A stretch of DNA of 64,000 nt. Source: Bacillota bacterium (GTDB taxonomy: Bacteria; Bacillota; JAAYKD01). Numbering within the stretch: the stretch's first letter is position 1; the number at the start of each line of letters is the position of its first letter. A model generated the notes under the pieces. The model was given only the letters and a program-made list of their open reading frames with translations. It ran no database searches and had not been told where the DNA came from. The position numbers were made by a program, and so were the translations under genes. This document shows positions 52,921-61,615 of this stretch, in pieces. The stretch lies in contig OY762825.2 in NCBI GenBank assembly GCA_963666425.2, positions 1,472,001 through 1,536,000 of the forward strand, read 5' to 3'.

Positions 52921-54156
52921 ATGAAACGTGTTGTTATCACGGGCTTAGGCGCCCTGACACCCATTGGTCAAACCGCAGCGGAATTTTGGCGAAACCTGAT
53001 TGCCGGCGTCAACGGCATCGATTTCATCACTCATTTTGATACCGGTGCATCAAAATTCAAACTGGCCGGCGAACTAAAAGCCTTCGATCCGCTGATTCAT
53101 TTAGAAAAAGCGGAAGTCCGCAAAACCGATCTCTTCGTGCAGTATGCGCTCTATGCGGCTGCCGAAGCCATGGCGGACAGCAAACTGGCCGGGCAGATCG
53201 ATCCGGCCGAATTGGCTGTTTATTTTGGCAGCGGCATCGGCGGTTTCAATACGCTATGTCAGGAACACCAGCAGCTGCTGGAAGCCGGCCCTAAAAAAGT
53301 ATCCTCGATGCTGATCCCCAAGATGATTGCCAATATTGCCGCCGGACAGCTGGCGATTCGCTACCGGGCTACCGGACCCTGCGTCGCCGTCTGTACTGCC
53401 TGCGCTACCGGTACGACCGCAATTGGGGAAGCCTATCGCGCCATCCTGCATGGCTATGCCACGGCAGCTCTCTGCGGCGGCAGCGAGGCGGCAATTACGC
53501 CGCTGGCCGTAGCCGGTTTCGGCAATTGCCAAGCCCTGAACCCCAGTGAAAACCGGGAGGAAGCCTCCCTGCCTTTCGATCGGCGCAGAGGCGGCTTTGT
53601 GATCGCTGAAGGCGCCGGTGTCTTGATTTTGGAAGAGTATGAACACGCTTTGGCGCGCAAGGCAAAAATCTACGCTGAAATGGTCGGTTATGGCTCAACC
53701 TGTGACGCACATCATATTACGGCGCCGGATCCGGAAGCCAGCGCCAGCGCCAGAGCAATCAGCCAGGCAAGGCTTGGTTTGCAGGATCTACCGGCCAGTA
53801 CCCTCTATTTTAACGCGCACGGTACCGGCACTGTTTTGAATGATGCCACAGAAACTACTGCCCTGAAGAAAGCCTTTGGCGAAGAAGCAAAGGACTTGCA
53901 CATCTCTTCCAGCAAATCGATGACCGGCCATATGCTGGGAGCCGCCGGAGCGGTGGAAGCCATCGCCGCCATCCTGGCTCTGCAGACGGGCATCGTGCCG
54001 CCAACCATCCATCTCGAACAAGCTGACCCTGCTTGCGACCTCGACTATACGCCAAATCATGCCGTCAAGGTCAACTTAGCCGGCGCTTTATCCAATTCTC
54101 TGGGGTTCGGCGGTCATAACGCTTGTGTGGCTTTCCGCAAATGGAGCGAGGCATGA
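52921..54156 (+). CDS. fabF: 3-oxoacyl-ACP synthase II
   Basis: TACAT, NAHGTGT, KSMTGHMLGAAG, NSLGFGG.N. Confidence 0.96.
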   Translation: MKRVVITGLGALTPIGQTAAEFWRNLIAGVNGIDFITHFDTGASKFKLAGELKAFDPLIHLEKAEVRKTDLFVQYALYAAAEAMADSKLAGQIDPAELAVYFGSGIGGFNTLCQEHQQLLEAGPKKVSSMLIPKMIANIAAGQLAIRYRATGPCVAVCTACATGTTAIGEAYRAILHGYATAALCGGSEAAITPLAVAGFGNCQALNPSENREEASLPFDRRRGGFVIAEGAGVLILEEYEHALARKAKIYAEMVGYGSTCDAHHITAPDPEASASARAISQARLGLQDLPASTLYFNAHGTGTVLNDATETTALKKAFGEEAKDLHISSSKSMTGHMLGAAGAVEAIAAILALQTGIVPPTIHLEQADPACDLDYTPNHAVKVNLAGALSNSLGFGGHNACVAFRKWSEA

Positions 54157-54569
54157 TCCAAATCGATTTAGCGCAAGCCTTACCGCATCGTGCTCCCATG
54201 CTGCTGCTGGATGCAGCCAGTGTGGAAGCGGATGTTGCTTATGGTAAAAAAAGGATTCGGCCGGAAGAGTTTTTTCTGCAAGGGCATTTTCCGGGTGATC
54301 CGCTGGTTCCCGGCGTGATTCTCTGCGAAATTTTGGCTCAATCCGCCTGCGCCTTATTAAGCAGCCGGATGAATCCGGGTCTGTTGCCTTTCTTAGCCGG
54401 TTTGGATGGCGTCCGCTTTCGCCAGCCGGTCAGACCGGGTGATCTGCTGGAAACAGAGGTGCGGATTATCAAGAACAAAGGCTCGTTCTATTGGGCGACG
54501 GGAAAAGGTTTCGTCGCGGGTAAGCTTTGCCTGCAGGCGGATTTCTCTTTCGTCTTAACCTCGAAATAG
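54153..54569 (+). CDS. fabZ: 3-hydroxyacyl-ACP dehydratase
   Basis: LPHR.PMLL.D, GHFPG.P.VPGV...E, FR.PV.PGD. Confidence 0.92.
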   Translation: MIQIDLAQALPHRAPMLLLDAASVEADVAYGKKRIRPEEFFLQGHFPGDPLVPGVILCEILAQSACALLSSRMNPGLLPFLAGLDGVRFRQPVRPGDLLETEVRIIKNKGSFYWATGKGFVAGKLCLQADFSFVLTSK

Positions 54570-54570
54570 C

Positions 54571-54608
54571 AAAAGTGACATTCCTCTCAACAAGGAATGT
54601 CACTTTTG
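54571..54608. terminator. Bidirectional terminator
   Basis: AAAAGTGACATTCCT...AGGAATGTCACTTTT. Confidence 0.85.
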
Positions 54609-54615
54609 TTTTGAT

Positions 54616-54942
54616 TTACGCTTCTTCTTGCTGCTTCAATATAGAATAGACCAGCAGCGCCAGCGTCAGCAGAATGTAAAAGCCCATACCGGAAGTAATC
54701 AGATACTGGCGTTTTCGCAAGCGCTTGGCCAGGTAACTGAAACGATCATTCAATTCCTGCAGGTTCGGATCCATCTCTGTTGCGGCGGGATGAATCTCTG
54801 CCAGTTTATATTCGCGATAGGCTTTGCGGCAATTCGGGCAGCCTTTGAGATGCGCTTTGATCGCCTTGACACTGCTTTCGCTGGCCAGACCATCATGGTA
54901 GAGCGTAATCAGATCCATTGCCATATCACATGAGATTTCCAT
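54616..54942 (-). CDS. zf-HC2 (ZAS) anti-sigma factor, single TM, almost no extracellular domain
   Basis: C...DL..LY.D, HLKGCPNC; C-terminal TM; overlaps the sigma gene. Confidence 0.88.
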   Translation of the reverse strand: MEISCDMAMDLITLYHDGLASESSVKAIKAHLKGCPNCRKAYREYKLAEIHPAATEMDPNLQELNDRFSYLAKRLRKRQYLITSGMGFYILLTLALLVYSILKQQEEA

Positions 54943-55432
54943 GATTCAATTCCTCCATCAGCATTTTTTTAGCCCGATAATAAATTACTTTCGCGGAATT
55001 TTCACTGATGTTCAGCAGAGATGCTACCTGCGCAAAGGGCAGTTCGGCATAAATACGCAGCATGATGACGTCGCGATATTTCTCGGGAATTCGATTGATC
55101 AGCGTGCGCAGCGCTGCTTCCAATTCTTTTTGTTCCAGTGTTTCCTGAGGAGTCCGGTTGTTGCTGCTGTACGTTTCGATCACCAGAGAGAGATCAATCA
55201 CGTCCAGTGATTGCTTTTTTTTGCGCAGATAGCGAAAATAAACATGTTTTGCGATCGCTACCAACCAGGTGTAGGGCTCGCTTTTGCCTTTGAATTGATG
55301 AAAAGAAGCGAAAGCCTGAAAAAAAGATTCCTGTGTCAATTCTTCGGCTAAATCCTGATCACGACAAAGGCGAAAAAGGAAAGCATAGATCCGACTGTAA
55401 TGAATCTGATACAGTTCTTCGAACGGTTTCAG
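54926..55432 (-). CDS. ECF RNA polymerase sigma factor
   Basis: DLAEELTQESF, F.GKS...TWL..IA, region 4 helix-turn-helix; start uncertain (CTG at 55432 behind AAGGGA; ORF track extends to 55525). Confidence 0.9.
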   Translation of the reverse strand: MKPFEELYQIHYSRIYAFLFRLCRDQDLAEELTQESFFQAFASFHQFKGKSEPYTWLVAIAKHVYFRYLRKKKQSLDVIDLSLVIETYSSNNRTPQETLEQKELEAALRTLINRIPEKYRDVIMLRIYAELPFAQVASLLNISENSAKVIYYRAKKMLMEELNHGNLM

Positions 55433-55558
55433 CGTTTCATCCCTTCTTTCTTGCGGTCTCGCTTGGTTTTGAGTTAGCCAGTCAATTCTCTGCCCTGCTC
55501 TCGGCGGAGGGATGCAGCAAAACAAAACCTCCTACGATGAAACGGTCTATTCTGCGCA

Positions 55559-56440
55559 TTAACCGGTAATACCATAGGTGCGGTCATATTCCACTTCCGC
55601 AATCTCGGCTTGCTGCGCCCCGATGCCGCAGCGCGGATTACTCAATAAGCAGCGATTATGACAACCGGTGCAGACGATTTTACCTAAAAAATCAGCCAGC
55701 GTAGGCGTTACGGTTGCTTCATTGCCCTGAGCAGCGGAGGAGTTGGCCGCAGCAGCTTCTTCTTCTTTTTTCTTTGCTTCTGCCGCTGTTTCAGCTGTCT
55801 CGGCGACCACCGTGCCGGCAGTCTGTGCAGCGGATGGTTTAACTGCATCGACTGAACTGCTTTGAACGGCAGCGGTTGGCAGCAGCACAGCCGCCAGCAC
55901 GTCATTTTGATAGGCCTGCAAGGCATTGACATAGACGAAACCGATGATCAAAGCTGCGATGGCGAAACCACTTACTGCTTTGCGGACACCGACCATGCTG
56001 CTGTGACGACCCATTTGGCGCAGCACAGCCAAGAGATATTTTGTATGCAGCGCCAGATGCAGCAGCAAAATCGCCAGACACAGATAGGCTGCCGCATTGT
56101 GAATTTGATAAATCAACAGTTGGTTCTCAAGTTGAAAAGAAAACAGAGCTCTGGAAATCAAGACACCGGTAACAATCACAATCAGCATGCCGCCGGGAAG
56201 CAGGCAATCCAGCGTCAGCAGAAATTTATTTTTCAGTGAACCGATTCCTTTTCGAACGGATCTCCATAAGCCGAAACCGGTGCTCCAATTCAAGATCAGA
56301 TGAAAAAGAAATAAAACACCGATCGCGATCCCGGCAACCTCGTGAAAGAAAGCGCCGGTCCCCAGATCAAACATCAGTAAGCCATAAATCACGGTCATAC
56401 TTGCATCCAATAAACACTTGACAACGGTCTTTGTTTTCAT
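55559..56440 (-). CDS. DUF4405 (cytochrome b-like) membrane protein with C-terminal CxxCxxxCx5C motif
   Basis: HE..G......HL.LNW and H...AY......HLALH His pairs; CTGCHNRCLLSNPRCG. Confidence 0.75.
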   Translation of the reverse strand: MKTKTVVKCLLDASMTVIYGLLMFDLGTGAFFHEVAGIAIGVLFLFHLILNWSTGFGLWRSVRKGIGSLKNKFLLTLDCLLPGGMLIVIVTGVLISRALFSFQLENQLLIYQIHNAAAYLCLAILLLHLALHTKYLLAVLRQMGRHSSMVGVRKAVSGFAIAALIIGFVYVNALQAYQNDVLAAVLLPTAAVQSSSVDAVKPSAAQTAGTVVAETAETAAEAKKKEEEAAAANSSAAQGNEATVTPTLADFLGKIVCTGCHNRCLLSNPRCGIGAQQAEIAEVEYDRTYGITG

Positions 56441-56585
56441 ACGATTCGCTCCTTTACGCAGCCGCTGCTTTCACGGAGAGAGATTTGCTTCCTTCTCTCC
56501 GTTCGTTCGGCTGATGTGGCTATCATAAAGGAGTAAGCTTGAAAAAATCTTAAGTCAACAATACCGGCTGCAGCATGAGAGATAA

Positions 56586-57881
56586 TTATTCTACGGCGTC
56601 TTCTTCTGCCAGGGGTTCTATGCGAGAAATAGCCATTCGTTCCGTCTGTATCGCTTGTGCAAAGCGCTGCAGCAGATCGCTGACACTGATTTCCATTAAG
56701 ACATCGGGAATATCCGTAAAACGATAGCCATACAAATTTGCCGTCAGCAGGTTGACCGCCAGGGCCTCTCCGCTTTCAAAACAGCCCAGCAATTCGCCCA
56801 AGGTTTTCTTTTTCATTCGCTGCAAATTCTCTGACGTCAGCACAGCCAAGGCTTCGCCGCTGCTGAAATACTGCAGCAAGCGCTCCTGTAATGCTGTGGC
56901 CGCGGTCGTGTCGGCAGCGCAAGTCAGCGCACCAAACCAAGGCGTTGCCGTATAATCAGCGGAAAAGAAACTGCTGAATAATTGCTTGGCGGTAAATTCC
57001 CAATAGATGGCCGAGGATTTTCCGCAGATCAGGTCCAGAATCAGATCCATTTCCAGCTGACGGCGCAGCAGATCTTTGCCGGTCAGCACAACCTGACGAT
57101 CATCGGCAAAACCAAGCGCCAACAAGGGGCGAGCCGCCCGCATCGTCAAGCTCAAATCGCTCTGCCCGGCTGGCTGCGGTGCTGCGGCAGGTTGTACCGG
57201 TTGGTAGTTGCTTTGACGACCGCTGCCCCATTTGGCAGCCAGGCGAACCACTGCCGCCGGTTCCAGATCGCCGACGACCACCAAACGGGCCAGAGAAGGC
57301 TGATAATAGGCTTCATAACATTGATAGAGCAGCTCAGCCGTGACCAGTGCAATCGTTTCCGCTTCACCGCCGATATCCTGACCGGCACGGTGATCGCCAA
57401 AGAGGCCATGGCGCAGATTCAATTCCAAACGTTCCTCCGGTTGGTCACGGTACATCATTAATTCTTGGTTAATGATTTCCCGCTCATTGTCGACGCTTTC
57501 CCGGCTGAAACAGGGATGATCGGTAAAATCGAGCAGAAGCTGCAGCACTTCCAGTTGATGATCGCTGCAGTCCGCCATATAAACCGTATGATCGAAATTG
57601 GTAAACGCATTATCATAGGCGCCCAAGGCAGCAAAAGCATCACTGCTGCTGCTGCCGTCCGCTTGGCGAAACAATTGATGTTCCAAAAAGTGCGCCGTAC
57701 CGGCTGTAACCTGCAGGCGTTTTCCCTGCCGGTCCGTGATGGCGTCATGCAAAGAACCAAAAGGGAACGCCAGCTGCGCCGACATATGCTGATGACCCTG
57801 GCGCTGAACAATCGTCAGATGCAGTCCATTGGGCAGCACTTCCTCCAAAATAGGATACGGTACTAAGAATTGTTTCATCAT
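56586..57881 (-). CDS. M16 family Zn peptidase (YmfH-like, active subunit)
   Basis: GTAHFLEH.LF, NAFT, E..II.QE..MY.D. Confidence 0.9.
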   Translation of the reverse strand: MMKQFLVPYPILEEVLPNGLHLTIVQRQGHQHMSAQLAFPFGSLHDAITDRQGKRLQVTAGTAHFLEHQLFRQADGSSSSDAFAALGAYDNAFTNFDHTVYMADCSDHQLEVLQLLLDFTDHPCFSRESVDNEREIINQELMMYRDQPEERLELNLRHGLFGDHRAGQDIGGEAETIALVTAELLYQCYEAYYQPSLARLVVVGDLEPAAVVRLAAKWGSGRQSNYQPVQPAAAPQPAGQSDLSLTMRAARPLLALGFADDRQVVLTGKDLLRRQLEMDLILDLICGKSSAIYWEFTAKQLFSSFFSADYTATPWFGALTCAADTTAATALQERLLQYFSSGEALAVLTSENLQRMKKKTLGELLGCFESGEALAVNLLTANLYGYRFTDIPDVLMEISVSDLLQRFAQAIQTERMAISRIEPLAEEDAVE

Positions 57882-59155
57882 TGAATTACCTCTCGATCCG
57901 CCAGCAAATAAACCGTATGCGGTTTCAATGTTTGAGCGGCGGCGATGATTTCCTGCCGGCTGATGTTTTGCATTTGCTCAATCATCTGTTCCACATCACC
58001 ATGTCCTTTTAAAAATCGACTGAATTGATAATCCAAACGGCCTTCTGCTTCCTGATTTGACATGCGCAGCTGGCCAGCCACGGTTTGTCTGGTCATCTCC
58101 AGCTCCGCCTCGCTGAAATCGCCTGCCTGCAGCCTTTGCATCTGCTCCGACATCAACGCTGCGGCCTGGACGGCAGCTTCCGCTTCCAAACCGGCGTAAG
58201 CCGTCAGCACACCGGTGGAACGGTCCAGACTGCTGCCGGTTGCGTAAGCTAAACCCGCTTCTTCCCGCACAAAACGGAAAAGGCGGGAATGGGCAAACCC
58301 TCCGTAAAGTCCGTTGACCAAAAAAAGTGCCAAACTGGCTGGCTGTTCATATCCTACTTGAGAACTAAACGCCATCAGCAGCTGACTCTGTTCGCCCGGG
58401 ATGACTTCGGTCACTTTTTCAACACTTGCCCGGTGCGGCAAAACCAGGGCAGCTTTGGCCGCTAACGGCTGCCGCTGCCAATTGAACATCTGCTCAATCT
58501 GAGCCGTCGTCACTTGTTCCACACCATCACCACAAAGGCCGACAATCAAACGGCTGTTTTGCAGCAATTGATGATAAGCATCCATCAATTTCTGATTGCT
58601 GAGCGCCAGCAAATCTGCTTCGGTGCCATAGCGTGGCACTCCGTAAGCCGTATCGCCATAAACCAATGCCTGCATCCGCTGCGCTGCCAGGGAGCTGCGG
58701 TTATTGCGGCTGCTCGCTAAAATCGTCTGCAGTCTTTGCTGTTCCTGATCAAATACTTCTGCCGGGAACAAACCGTCGATCAAATAGGGGGATGTGATCA
58801 TTTCCTGCAGCAGCTGTAAGCCGTCGGTCAGTAAACCGGCTCCGGCGGCGGGTAAAAATCGTCCGTCCGCTAAATTGAGATAAAAAGAAGTCAGATGAAA
58901 GCTGCCTACCCGATTCACCTGTGTATGCAGATCGGCTCCCCAGAGTTCTTCCAAAGCGGCCACCAAGCGGCGCTGATCCGGATAGCGGCGGCTGCCGCGG
59001 CGCAGAAGAGAGCTCAGCAATGCCGCAGAGCTGAAGATGCGGCGTTCCACCGGCTGCACCAGCCAAACTTTCACGTGATGTGTCACATATTGTTGGGCGG
59101 GCAGCCAGAAAATCTGTCCGCCGCCGGATAATTGATCTATTCGAGGATCCGTCAT
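57878..59155 (-). CDS. M16 family peptidase, inactive subunit (YmfF-like)
   Basis: L.RGS..YP, LEELWGA, GG.AHSRLF..VRE..GLAY; no HxxEH. Confidence 0.85.
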   Translation of the reverse strand: MTDPRIDQLSGGGQIFWLPAQQYVTHHVKVWLVQPVERRIFSSAALLSSLLRRGSRRYPDQRRLVAALEELWGADLHTQVNRVGSFHLTSFYLNLADGRFLPAAGAGLLTDGLQLLQEMITSPYLIDGLFPAEVFDQEQQRLQTILASSRNNRSSLAAQRMQALVYGDTAYGVPRYGTEADLLALSNQKLMDAYHQLLQNSRLIVGLCGDGVEQVTTAQIEQMFNWQRQPLAAKAALVLPHRASVEKVTEVIPGEQSQLLMAFSSQVGYEQPASLALFLVNGLYGGFAHSRLFRFVREEAGLAYATGSSLDRSTGVLTAYAGLEAEAAVQAAALMSEQMQRLQAGDFSEAELEMTRQTVAGQLRMSNQEAEGRLDYQFSRFLKGHGDVEQMIEQMQNISRQEIIAAAQTLKPHTVYLLADREVIQ

Positions 59156-59377
59156 ACTCTCATTCCTTTGCCTTCCTCAGCAGACTATTGACCCGTATCT
59201 TTTTTCTGCTGATTGCTTCATTCTACTGGTATTTGCCCTAAAAAGCAAGCAGAGACCGCCTTCTTGCAGGGAATGCGAACCTCTGCCCACCTTTGATAGT
59301 TGCTCAAATGACCATGGGAAAAGAAAAGCGCAGCAGGTCAACGGATTGCTCCGTTTTTAACCTGCGCGCCGATCCGA

Positions 59378-59713
59378 TTAATGTATGAAGCGGTCCAGAA
59401 TTTCTTTCAATTCCTCTTTGGGATGATAACCCACAATGGAACGGGCTTCTTTTTCTTTTGTTTCCTTGTTGGTTGTGATCAGCACCATGGTTGGAATACT
59501 TTGAATCTCAAAAGAGCCTGCCGTACGGGGATTGGCATCGACATCTAATTTGCATACTTTCAACTTACCGTCGTATTCTTCGGCTACCGCTTCCACGATG
59601 GGGGCTGCCATCCGACAGGGACCGCACCAAGTTGCCCAAAAATCCACCAAGACTGGCAGATCGGCCTGCAGTGCTTCTTTTTCAAAATTAGCATCGGTTA
59701 AATTATAAATCAT
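59378..59713 (-). CDS. trxA: Thioredoxin
   Basis: VDFWATWCGPC, SIPT. Confidence 0.97.
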   Translation of the reverse strand: MIYNLTDANFEKEALQADLPVLVDFWATWCGPCRMAAPIVEAVAEEYDGKLKVCKLDVDANPRTAGSFEIQSIPTMVLITTNKETKEKEARSIVGYHPKEELKEILDRFIH

Positions 59714-59965
59714 TTTGTTACCCCTTTCTTGCCGGAGCTATTTCAGCTGTAAGGTTGTCGCCATGGATCAATCGGGTAACGCCTCTCGTCTCGAAACAAC
59801 CATTCCTTCTGATCACTCATGTCCATTATCATAACCAAAATTGCCCAAGAATGCAAGTATTTTTCAACTGAATAGTAAGATTTCCTTGCAGTACTGAAAA
59901 ACAGTTGCTAAAGTGAAAATGTTTTGCCGTGCGACGGCTGTGCAGGCAGATAATCCAGCCGTAAA

Positions 59966-60493
59966 TCACTGGATTGCCTGCCAGATTTGCAGCGACAGCA
60001 CCCGATAAGCCGGCCGGTAAGCTTGCCGATAGATTTCGCTGTGGCTCACGGCAGGATAACCCCGCCTGCGATAATCCGTCAAATATTCAGCCAAGGCAGC
60101 CGGATCAAAGGCAGCTCTGTTTTGCAGACGGCATTCAGACAAAGCCGTAAGTTTCACTTCCAATTCGGCTGCCTCGCCCCGCACTGCATTGGCACTCAAA
60201 ACGAAGGCGCGATTCAGCTGCTGCGGTGCAATAGCACTTGCTTTCAGCGCAGGCAGATATGCTCTGACTAAACCGCTGCCCAGTTGCTCAAAAGCAATGG
60301 CCTGCGGATCCGCCGCGACAGCATCCCACTCCTGCAATAGAAAGCGAAGGGACTGCTCCGCATCCGTAATCAAATGACCTCCGCCGAATTCATTTTGATA
60401 AAGTAATTTCACCGCATCGCTGATTTGCATCAGAGGATAACGCTGCAGATGCAGCTCCAGCAAGACTAGCAGCTCTTCCTGTTTCATTCTCAT
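59966..60493 (-). CDS. Conserved hypothetical protein
   Basis: YP.MQ..D.VKL.YQ.EFG.GH and SHSE.YR..Y.PAYRV patterns recalled from Firmicutes hypothetical proteins. Confidence 0.7.
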   Translation of the reverse strand: MRMKQEELLVLLELHLQRYPLMQISDAVKLLYQNEFGGGHLITDAEQSLRFLLQEWDAVAADPQAIAFEQLGSGLVRAYLPALKASAIAPQQLNRAFVLSANAVRGEAAELEVKLTALSECRLQNRAAFDPAALAEYLTDYRRRGYPAVSHSEIYRQAYRPAYRVLSLQIWQAIQ

Positions 60494-60502
60494 GTCGCTG
60501 CC

Positions 60503-61243
60503 CTAGACGCGAATTTTCTCAAAAATGATATTGTCGCAATAGCGCCGGGCATGCTGCAGCTGCTCTGTCGTACGCACCGTCCAACCTAAAATCAGCATAC
60601 CGCTTGCTCGGGCTTGCTCTAAAAACTCGAGCGGCAGATCCAGAATCGCATAAGCAATAAATTGAGGTTTTGTCATCTCATTATAGCTGCAGAAAGCCAG
60701 TTTCTGATTGAGCTCAGCGTCCGACTGCCCTGCGTCAAGACAGGCCAGCTGACCGCGCACGATTTCGGGAGCCTTTTGCTTTAACGCAAGCAGGAATTGT
60801 GGATCAAAACTCTCAACCGCATACGCTCCGCCATATTCTTCCTGATAACGCTGCAGCTGATCAACTAAAATCTCAGCGGCAGTTTCGTTTTCCTGGCACT
60901 GTTTCATCTCGATCAATAGGGGTACTCTGCCTTTGACCAACTGCAGCACCTGGGTAAAGGTAGGAATTGTCTCATTGCTGTTGATAAAGCGATAGAGCGG
61001 CAATTGCTCGGAGTTCAAGTCTGTGATTGTAGCATCTTTCCCGGTCATGCGCAGCGTATTCGCATCGTGCAGCACAGCGAATACCCCATCCCGCAATAAA
61101 TGCAAATCCAATTCGATGGCATAACCAGCATTCACTGCCGCCTGAAAAGCAGACAATGAATTCTCCGGTTTGGCTGCATCATGCAATCCTCTGTGTGCAA
61201 TCGCTGTTTGGCTCAACCATGTCTGATGTAATGTTGTTTGCAT
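60503..61243 (-). CDS. Glycerophosphodiester phosphodiesterase family protein
   Basis: IAHRG...PENS..AF, IELD, HD, LIEMK, WTV; start moved to MQTTLH. Confidence 0.9.
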   Translation of the reverse strand: MQTTLHQTWLSQTAIAHRGLHDAAKPENSLSAFQAAVNAGYAIELDLHLLRDGVFAVLHDANTLRMTGKDATITDLNSEQLPLYRFINSNETIPTFTQVLQLVKGRVPLLIEMKQCQENETAAEILVDQLQRYQEEYGGAYAVESFDPQFLLALKQKAPEIVRGQLACLDAGQSDAELNQKLAFCSYNEMTKPQFIAYAILDLPLEFLEQARASGMLILGWTVRTTEQLQHARRYCDNIIFEKIRV

Positions 61244-61615
61244 TGTGTTTTCAACCTCCCACTTTCCTATTTCGTAATAACCCCTCGATAAAACGATCTT
61301 GTATCGCTTGAATTCGCTATGCTTTGGCTTCGCTCCTGCCATTGGCAACTGCAAACCTTGCCGGTTGCTGAAGCAAAACCGTAGCGTTGTCTTGATTTTC
61401 AGCAGAAAATGCAGCCCACTTGATCTGGCAGAAGAAGCGATTAAGTGAATCAAAAAGATTGAGAAGTATCCCACTATTCAAGTGTAAGATGTGTTATAAT
61501 GATTAGTACGTAACAAAATCCGATTCTACTATTGTTCTATGGCAAATCTCATTTAAATGAAAAAAATCAGCTTGCATAGTGAATAGTTCAACCTGAACCG
61601 AGGGAGGAAGCAACG

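Noticed and set aside
61244-61615. DarT toxin gene upstream of the NADAR-macro fusion
   Set aside because: No ORF of suitable size or motif; the region lies between divergent genes
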